A stretch of DNA of 64,000 nt from a virus. Taxonomy: Duplodnaviria > Heunggongvirae > Uroviricota > Caudoviricetes. This document shows, one piece after another, positions 57,880 through 64,000 of the stretch. Location of the stretch: IMG/VR virus record IMGVR_UViG_3300030019_000001; one strand, given 5' to 3'. The notes under the pieces are model-generated. The model saw only the letters and a list, made by a program, of their open reading frames with translations, did no database searches and was not told the origin of the DNA. The position numbers and the translations under genes are program-made. Every line of letters begins with the position of its first letter. The first letter of the stretch is position 1.

Positions 57880-59415
57880 TTATTCTCCTGCCATAGTTTT
57901 TTGTAATACTACATGCCATTTTTTAGCAAAATCTAACCATACATCTTGATATTCAGTTTTAATATATGGATGTGCTTTTACAAAATAAGATGCAATAGCA
58001 ACAATTGCTTCATTTTCTTTACCTCTTGTAGCAAAATCATATACATTTTTAACTTCTTCCTTAGAAATATGTTTACCTTGTTTAAAAGTAGCAATAGCAA
58101 TTGAGCAAGCTCTAATTTGATCTTGTCTAGTTGGCCATTTTACATTTTTAGATTTTTCATTACCATCATAAATATCTTGTATATCTTGTTCACTAAAGAA
58201 CTCCTGTAATTTCATATAATTAACAAAATCCATAGCTGATTCTAATCCTACATATTTAGTGTATATTCTTTGAATTTCTGGATATGTTAATTTATTTGTC
58301 CAATCTTCATCTCTCTCATTGAATTCATCCTGTGATGCCATTTCCCATGTTCTTGGTGATGCCCAACCTGGACTTTTAGATTCTTTATCCAATCTATGAA
58401 AGTAATTAGGATGATACTGTAAATATGAAATAAGAAATGGATCAATGTCTTTTCTTGTTAATGCATATTTAACCCAATCTTCAACTGATGGTGAATAATT
58501 CACATGAGCAAAACGATTCCACAAAATAGGATCATCTGTCAAATCAGTAGTATCAATATCTTCTTTTCTATTGCCTGCTGCAATAATAATCCATCTTGGA
58601 GGTAAATCATAATCACCATGTTTACCACTTAATGCTAATGCCAATGATGCACTAAGAACCATTTGTGGTGCTCTGTTCATTTCATCAAAAAACATAATAC
58701 CACCTTTACCATTTCCATCACTAGTTGGAAATATCGCTGGTAATTTAGAAACAGTTTTATCATTTTCAATTTTAGGTACTCCTCTAAAGTCTGTAGGCTC
58801 AATTTGAGATAAATGCCATTCTTGAACAACAATATCTAAATCCTTTGCTACTTGATGTAATATTTCTGTTTTACCAATACCAGGAGCACCCCAAATAAAT
58901 AATGCATGTGTTTTTTTTCTAGCAAATTCTGAACCTTTATCATAGTTCTCTTGTTCATGTTGACCTGCTCTATGTAAATTCATATTATAAACTCTCTTTA
59001 TTCTTTCTTTAAGTTTCTCTACATTAACATTTCTCATTACTTCTTCATCTCCACTTGGATAATTCAACGTTACCATTGCTTCATCTACACTAGTTTCATT
59101 TTCAATTCTATCACCTTTTTCATTAAATCTTGAACGTATTTCAGATTCAATTTCTTCTGCTGTAGGCGTTTTAGCACCTTTCATATTATCAAGATAACCA
59201 TCAGGAATAATTACTTCTACAACATCCCTAGTTTTGCCATTCTCATCTACATAAGTTGGTATTTCTCCTTTATCTTTTAAATATTTTGAATAATATAGCC
59301 ATGCATTTTTACCAAATTTTGTTTTGAAAAAACCATATAACTTATTCCACGCATTTTTTAATAGATTTTCATTTAATTTATATTCTTCAGAATAACTATC
59401 ATATTTCTTTATCAT
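57880..59415 (-). CDS. MoxR-like AAA+ ATPase, paralog 1
   Basis: Walker A IWGAPGIGKTEI, Walker B GIMFFDEMNRA, sensor IIAAGNR. Confidence 0.7.
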   Translation of the reverse strand: MIKKYDSYSEEYKLNENLLKNAWNKLYGFFKTKFGKNAWLYYSKYLKDKGEIPTYVDENGKTRDVVEVIIPDGYLDNMKGAKTPTAEEIESEIRSRFNEKGDRIENETSVDEAMVTLNYPSGDEEVMRNVNVEKLKERIKRVYNMNLHRAGQHEQENYDKGSEFARKKTHALFIWGAPGIGKTEILHQVAKDLDIVVQEWHLSQIEPTDFRGVPKIENDKTVSKLPAIFPTSDGNGKGGIMFFDEMNRAPQMVLSASLALALSGKHGDYDLPPRWIIIAAGNRKEDIDTTDLTDDPILWNRFAHVNYSPSVEDWVKYALTRKDIDPFLISYLQYHPNYFHRLDKESKSPGWASPRTWEMASQDEFNERDEDWTNKLTYPEIQRIYTKYVGLESAMDFVNYMKLQEFFSEQDIQDIYDGNEKSKNVKWPTRQDQIRACSIAIATFKQGKHISKEEVKNVYDFATRGKENEAIVAIASYFVKAHPYIKTEYQDVWLDFAKKWHVVLQKTMAGE

Positions 59416-59447
59416 CTTATTATATTTTATTTTTATTATATATATTT

Positions 59448-60872
59448 TTAAATATTATCACCTCTTCTAAGTTTACCATCTTTACCTTCTTTCTTTCTTT
59501 CTTCTTCACGTTCCTTTTCGTCTAATTTCATAAGAAAGTTTACAAATGCAGTTGCACTAGCATATCCAACAAAATCTTCATATATATCTTTTACTTCATT
59601 ATATGACAATTTGTTTTTCCAATCAAATCCTCTTTCAAAATAATCTTCTTCTGATGCCATTTCCCATGTTCTTGGTGATGTCCAATTTGGTGCTTGATTA
59701 ACAGTTTTTAATCTATGATAATATTCTGGATTTTCTTTAATAAATTGTATAAGTTTAGGATTAATTGATTTTATATTTTTTGCATATCCAATCCAATCAG
59801 ATGGTTTTGGGGCAAAATTGATATGTTGAAATCTATTCCACAAAATCTTATCTTCTGTTAAATCTCCTGTACTTAAATCTGAACCTCTATTACCTGCTGC
59901 AATAACTATCCAATATTGAGGCAATTCATAACTACCATGTTTACCACTTAATGCTAATGATAATGATGCATCAAGAACCATTTGTGGTGCTCTATTCATT
60001 TCATCAAAAAACATTATACCACCTTTTCCGTTTTTACCATTGCTGGTAGGAAATATTGATGGTAATTTCCAAACAGTTCTTTCATCTTTTGAATCATCAG
60101 AGCCCATAATATTTTCAATTCTAGGAATACCTCTAAAGTCAGTAGGCTCAATTTGTGATAAATGCCATTCAATTACAGCAATTTCCAATTCTCTAGCTAC
60201 TTGATGCAAGATTTCTGTTTTTCCAATTCCAGGAGCACCCCAAATAAATATTGCATTTGTTTTTCTTCTAGAATATTCTCTACCATTTTCTCCTTCTTCT
60301 TGATGCCTACCTGCTCTAAGTGCATTCATTTTGTAAAGCTTAATTACTTCTTTTTTTAATTCTGCAACATCATCATTAAGAACTGTTGGATCTGGATGCT
60401 CTAAACTTACAAATTCATCATTATCATCTAAAACGCTTTCATTCAAAAATAAATTCATCAAACTTTCTTTAACTTTCTCCAATTCTTCTATTTCATCATT
60501 TACTACTTTTTCTTCTTCATCATTATCACCAACAGTTTCATCTGATCCGTCGATGCCAGGAATTTCTTTTTCCTTTTCATCTTCTACTGTTTCATCATCT
60601 GGTTGAATTTCAGATGCTTCTATTTCTTCATCAGAAGGCAAGTCAGACGTTTTAGCATATCCTGGAGGACATATAAAATCTATACCTCTTGGTAATTTAC
60701 CCTTTTTCTGTAAATACAATGCATAATATACCCATGCATGTTTTCCAAAATGTTGTTTAAAGAAACCAATAATCTTGTTTAAAATATCAGAAAATACATT
60801 TTCATTTATTTTTACACTTTCATTTTCTCTATACTCTTTAGAAAAATGATCATAATTTTTTAATGTTTTCAT
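59448..60872 (-). CDS. MoxR-like AAA+ ATPase, paralog 2 (with acidic N-terminal insert)
   Basis: Same motifs as paralog 1 (IWGAPGIGKTEI, GIMFFDEMNRA, VIAAGNR), plus a D/E-rich insert. Confidence 0.7.
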   Translation of the reverse strand: MKTLKNYDHFSKEYRENESVKINENVFSDILNKIIGFFKQHFGKHAWVYYALYLQKKGKLPRGIDFICPPGYAKTSDLPSDEEIEASEIQPDDETVEDEKEKEIPGIDGSDETVGDNDEEEKVVNDEIEELEKVKESLMNLFLNESVLDDNDEFVSLEHPDPTVLNDDVAELKKEVIKLYKMNALRAGRHQEEGENGREYSRRKTNAIFIWGAPGIGKTEILHQVARELEIAVIEWHLSQIEPTDFRGIPRIENIMGSDDSKDERTVWKLPSIFPTSNGKNGKGGIMFFDEMNRAPQMVLDASLSLALSGKHGSYELPQYWIVIAAGNRGSDLSTGDLTEDKILWNRFQHINFAPKPSDWIGYAKNIKSINPKLIQFIKENPEYYHRLKTVNQAPNWTSPRTWEMASEEDYFERGFDWKNKLSYNEVKDIYEDFVGYASATAFVNFLMKLDEKEREEERKKEGKDGKLRRGDNI

Positions 60873-60945
60873 TCTACGAAATTATTTTTGTTTTTATATA
60901 TAAAAATTTATATTTCCTTTTTTAATAAAAATGAATAAATTTTAA

Positions 60946-61605
60946 TTATCTATTATAATGCTTACACTCAGATGAATATTTTGCTTGTCTCCATCTAATA
61001 TCATTCATTGTACCCCATGCTGTTTTACTCGATCCACCTTGAATTTGTGGACGACTACCTGAAGATATTTTTTCTGCTTTTTCTTTTGCATTCATTAAAT
61101 GCCATAATTTTTCTCTATCTGATACATTTTCAGATCCTGAATATTGTTCAATAGGAATTAACTCTTCTAAATCAAAATCAATATCAGAATTATAATAATT
61201 ATCAACATCCTCACTATATTCAGTTTTCATTATTTCTCCATTTTTTCTAACAACTTCTATTTTCCAGCCATTATTAAAAATTTTAATATTTAATTCATTC
61301 TCAATTTTTTTAATAATAGATTTAAATAATAATATGTTAGGATATGTCCAAAATGATATTATCTTATTATTAGTCCATAATCTACCAGGATAACATGGAT
61401 TATCTATTTCATGCCCAGCATTATAATGAGAATCAGTAAAATCTCCAAAATATACATTTATAACATTTGTGTGATTATCATTCACATCACAATAAAAAGG
61501 TTTAGAATCAGAATCATCCATATCACACAACTTATCACCATTCTTATCTCGTACATAACTTGGATTTTCTTTTAATAGTTTAAAATTTTCAAATTTTTTA
61601 ATCAT
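60946..61605 (-). CDS. hypothetical protein (MIKKFENFKLLKE leader)
   Basis: 219 aa, directly upstream of the MoxR pair. Confidence 0.5.
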   Translation of the reverse strand: MIKKFENFKLLKENPSYVRDKNGDKLCDMDDSDSKPFYCDVNDNHTNVINVYFGDFTDSHYNAGHEIDNPCYPGRLWTNNKIISFWTYPNILLFKSIIKKIENELNIKIFNNGWKIEVVRKNGEIMKTEYSEDVDNYYNSDIDFDLEELIPIEQYSGSENVSDREKLWHLMNAKEKAEKISSGSRPQIQGGSSKTAWGTMNDIRWRQAKYSSECKHYNR

Positions 61606-61621
61606 AATAGTTTTTTATTTA

Positions 61622-61837
61622 TTATACTTTAGTAGGCTTATTATATTTAACTGTTCTTGGATCAAAACTTGTATAAACACCACATGGATAATACTCCTGA
61701 ACAAAAAATGTTAACGCCTGTAATAGAGCATACTTACTTTTTACATAAGTATATAAAACTGGCGCAACGCCTTTTTCACCATGTTTAGAATCAACTGGAT
61801 TTGAATAAATAAAATTTACATTAGTATATTTCCACAT
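61622..61837 (-). CDS. hypothetical protein
   Basis: 71 aa ORF. Confidence 0.4.
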   Translation of the reverse strand: MWKYTNVNFIYSNPVDSKHGEKGVAPVLYTYVKSKYALLQALTFFVQEYYPCGVYTSFDPRTVKYNKPTKV

Positions 61838-61934
61838 GATAAAATAGAATTGTTTTTTCTATATATAATTTTATGAAATATTTTTTTATTTCAAATATTA
61901 TAATTATCTTTATAATAATAAACAAATAAGTATT

Positions 61935-62132
61935 ATGAAAATTTTAAAGCAAGAACTACTCAACAAAAATAATAATTTTTCGGAAGAAATTAAAATAGAA
62001 GAATATGATGATATGATAGAATATTATAATAATGAAGATTTCATTGATGAATATTTTACAGAAGAAGATTTCATTGAAGATTATATACCTGATGAATTTA
62101 AAACTGACGATACAACATTTTTGAAAATTTAA
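61935..62132 (+). CDS. acidic small protein
   Basis: 65 aa ORF. Confidence 0.35.
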   Translation: MKILKQELLNKNNNFSEEIKIEEYDDMIEYYNNEDFIDEYFTEEDFIEDYIPDEFKTDDTTFLKI

Positions 62133-62252
62133 CATTATTGTAACATAAAAATCCTTTTAAAAATATTTTAACAGAAGTTTTTTTAATATATAAAGTCTCA
62201 ATATATTTTAAACTATTAAAATAGTTTTTAATACAAAAAATAAAAAAACAAT

Positions 62253-62588
62253 ATGATAGAACATTTGACATTAGAAACATTCAAGGAAAAAATTATGGAC
62301 TTTGACACAAAAACATTTAAAAACGATAAAGCTATTGCCTTGAAATTCAGTGCATTGTGGTGTGGACCGTGCAAATCTTACACTCCAATATTTGAAAATG
62401 TTTCAAATGAAATTAAAGATATGACATTTTATTCAGTAGATGTAGAAGATGAAATTGAAATTTCAGAATTTTTTTCAATAAAAAGTATACCAACTACTGT
62501 CATTATAAATACAAAAGGAGAAAAAGTATCTTTTTCTGGTATGACACAAAAAAGCAAATTAATTGAGCAAATAAACAACAATTTGTAA
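62253..62588 (+). CDS. trx: thioredoxin
   Basis: WCGPCK active site within a thioredoxin-fold-length ORF. Confidence 0.8.
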   Translation: MIEHLTLETFKEKIMDFDTKTFKNDKAIALKFSALWCGPCKSYTPIFENVSNEIKDMTFYSVDVEDEIEISEFFSIKSIPTTVIINTKGEKVSFSGMTQKSKLIEQINNNL

Positions 62589-62604
62589 TATTTATTTTAA
62601 AAAT

Positions 62605-62648
62605 CAAAAAAAAGTTAAAAGATTGTATTATTACAATCTTTTTTTTTA
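62605..62648 (+). terminator. intrinsic terminator
   Basis: aaaaaaaa-gttaaaagattgta-ttat-tacaatctt-ttttttttt. Confidence 0.75.
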
Positions 62649-62654
62649 TCTTTG
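62647..62654 (+). promoter_or_regulatory. TAnnTTTG -7-like promoter element
   Basis: ttttttTATCTTTGtactc, 32 nt upstream of the ATG at 62679. Confidence 0.5.
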
Positions 62655-62678
62655 TACTCTAATTAAAACATAAACAAT

Positions 62679-63299
62679 ATGACTAATATTATTTCATGTA
62701 AAAAAGATGTTGATTATAAAATTGATATCTTTACTATTAAAGAATCAAGTGATTTTTATAGAAATTTTATTAAGAAAAATGACTATTATGAATATGAAGA
62801 TGGTTATGAAAGATATAACTTAAAGAAAAAAATTCATTATTTTGATTATAATGATATTCAGTCTTCTTATGGATCTTCAGATGTTTATAATAAAACATGT
62901 AGATTAATTATAGCTCATAATGAAAAAGAAATACTAGGAATATGTAAATTTGCATATTGGGGTTCAAGTGAGTCATATGCTATAAGTTATTTATCAACCA
63001 ATAACGAATTTTTTGGAATTGGAATATCAAAAAAATTACTAGAAAAAATGTTTGAATACTTTTCAAATACTTATCCAAATGACATTTTATCATTTTCTGG
63101 TTATTCTGTAGAAGGCTGGAAATATTTAAGAAAAAACATTTTATCATTTTCCAATAAATACAAAGTTAAGATAACGGAAAAAAGCATACAATATCCAGGT
63201 ATCAGTGGTATCTTCTCAGATGAAGATAGAGAACTAATGTATAAAAGTATGGATGAAATTAAAAATTTATACGGGATTAAAGATTATTGTGATTATTAA
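62679..63299 (+). CDS. GNAT-like N-acetyltransferase (tentative)
   Basis: FFGIGISKKLLEKMFEYF resembles GNAT motif A (Q/RxxGxG/A). Confidence 0.4.
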   Translation: MTNIISCKKDVDYKIDIFTIKESSDFYRNFIKKNDYYEYEDGYERYNLKKKIHYFDYNDIQSSYGSSDVYNKTCRLIIAHNEKEILGICKFAYWGSSESYAISYLSTNNEFFGIGISKKLLEKMFEYFSNTYPNDILSFSGYSVEGWKYLRKNILSFSNKYKVKITEKSIQYPGISGIFSDEDRELMYKSMDEIKNLYGIKDYCDY

Positions 63300-63394
63300 T
63301 ATTTATTATAAAGTATTATATCATGATCTTGCATCATTTTAAATCATTTATTGAAAAATAAGTGATTTTTTTTGTTTATATCAAAAATTAATAT

Positions 63395-63402
63395 TATCTT
63401 TG
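63395..63402 (+). promoter_or_regulatory. TAnnTTTG -7-like promoter element
   Basis: taatatTATCTTTGataaa, 31 nt upstream of the ATG at 63426. Confidence 0.45.
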
Positions 63403-63425
63403 ATAAAATTATTTATAATATACAT

Positions 63426-64000
63426 ATGAGAATAAAAGATTTTATATCAATAAGAATTCAAAAGTATCCAAGTCTATATAAATGTGACAATTACTACGAT
63501 TCAAAACTTAAAGTATTATGTCAAATTTTTTTTACAATTGGTAATGGATATGAAATTGCAGAAACTGAAATACCTGAAGAAGGTGGTTATGTAGTTGAGC
63601 CAAAATATAAGCACATAAAAAAAGATGATGAGTGGATCAGAATTAAAGATAAGCCATATGGTAAGGGTAAATATAAAGAACTACCAGCAGATTATTTTGA
63701 ATCCTTTATATATGAAGTTTCTGGTTCTCCTATTGAAACAATACTACACAATGATGGTACTACATATTATAGATATAATAAAAAACTTGAAGATATCGTG
63801 TATTATAATAGGCCAACTCTACGTGAAATTCGTAGTCAATCTCCATTTAGCCCATATCCATTTAGTGAAAATTTTTCACTCATTTGTGATATGTACTATA
63901 AAAATGAATTCATGCAACCAGATTGGGTAGAAGAATCAATTATATTATGTAAAGAAACATTGAAATATTTTTACAATGAAGATTTATATAAAAAAGATTC
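63426..64000 (+). CDS. hypothetical protein, 5' part; runs off the window end
   Basis: A continuous open frame of >190 codons from ATG 63426 (MRIKDFISIRIQKYPSLYKCDNYYD...). It is absent from the ORF track because no stop codon falls inside the window. Confidence 0.5.
   Translation, partial: MRIKDFISIRIQKYPSLYKCDNYYDSKLKVLCQIFFTIGNGYEIAETEIPEEGGYVVEPKYKHIKKDDEWIRIKDKPYGKGKYKELPADYFESFIYEVSGSPIETILHNDGTTYYRYNKKLEDIVYYNRPTLREIRSQSPFSPYPFSENFSLICDMYYKNEFMQPDWVEESIILCKETLKYFYNEDLYKKD

Noticed and set aside
1-64000. Eukaryotic nucleocytoplasmic giant virus (Mimiviridae-like) origin. The AT-richness, ankyrin and collagen-repeat proteins, NAD ligase and three tRNA-Leu suggested it.
   Set aside because: Genes are coupled by ATGA/TAATG overlaps. 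Canonical hairpin+T-run intrinsic terminators are abundant. NusG, RHH, lipobox lipoprotein and MoxR/VWA genes are bacterial-type. The recurring upstream element matches the Bacteroidetes TAnnTTTG -7 box rather than the mimivirus AAAATTGA early promoter.
1-64000. rRNA genes, transposases or IS elements, integrons.
   Set aside because: No stretch with rRNA-like composition or conserved rRNA motifs. No DDE or serine recombinase-like ORFs were recognised.

Overview
This is an extremely AT-rich 64 kb window (about 22-25% GC by eye) that carries roughly 130 mostly small ORFs. The ORFs sit in alternating same-strand blocks, and ATGA or TAATG stop/start overlaps are common, which suggests polycistronic, translationally coupled expression. 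At least a dozen intrinsic terminators (hairpin plus T-run) are present, along with a recurring TAnnTTTG element 31-45 nt upstream of several genes that matches the Bacteroidetes sigma-A -7 box. Four tRNA genes (three tRNA-Leu) flank a LAGLIDADG homing endonuclease. Recognisable products are: a Clp/Hsp100 ATPase C-terminal fragment, a GH15-like glycosidase, a multi-S1-domain protein, a NusG-like factor, an RHH protein, thymidine kinase, a Sir2 sirtuin, a peptide-deformylase-like protein, NAD-dependent DNA ligase, ClpP, a gamma-class N6-adenine methyltransferase, an SPFH-like lipoprotein, a HAD nucleotidase, a collagen-like/beta-helix fibre-like protein, ankyrin-repeat proteins, a VWA+HExxH protein next to two tandem MoxR-like AAA+ ATPases, thioredoxin and a GNAT-like protein. 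I see no capsid, terminase or portal gene, no rRNA, no CRISPR array and no integrase or transposase. The window is most consistent with an accessory ('hyperplastic') region of a large virus, probably a jumbo phage of an AT-rich Bacteroidetes-like host. A eukaryotic giant-virus origin looks unlikely, because the terminators, gene coupling, NusG and RHH genes and the promoter motif are all bacterial features. A bacterial island cannot be excluded. Three observations stand out. First, two tandem arrays of small paralogous ORFs (43546-47009 and 50409-54152) are separated by a conserved ~40 bp junction repeat that encodes ...KFNI-stop overlapped with Met-KKYNQFINE. Second, a conserved N-terminal leader M-K-(Y/K)-(L/I)-K-x-F-E occurs on more than 20 otherwise unrelated proteins, including the enzymes. 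Third, a conserved C-terminal tail RKxKLxxLNEI occurs on at least 14 small proteins.
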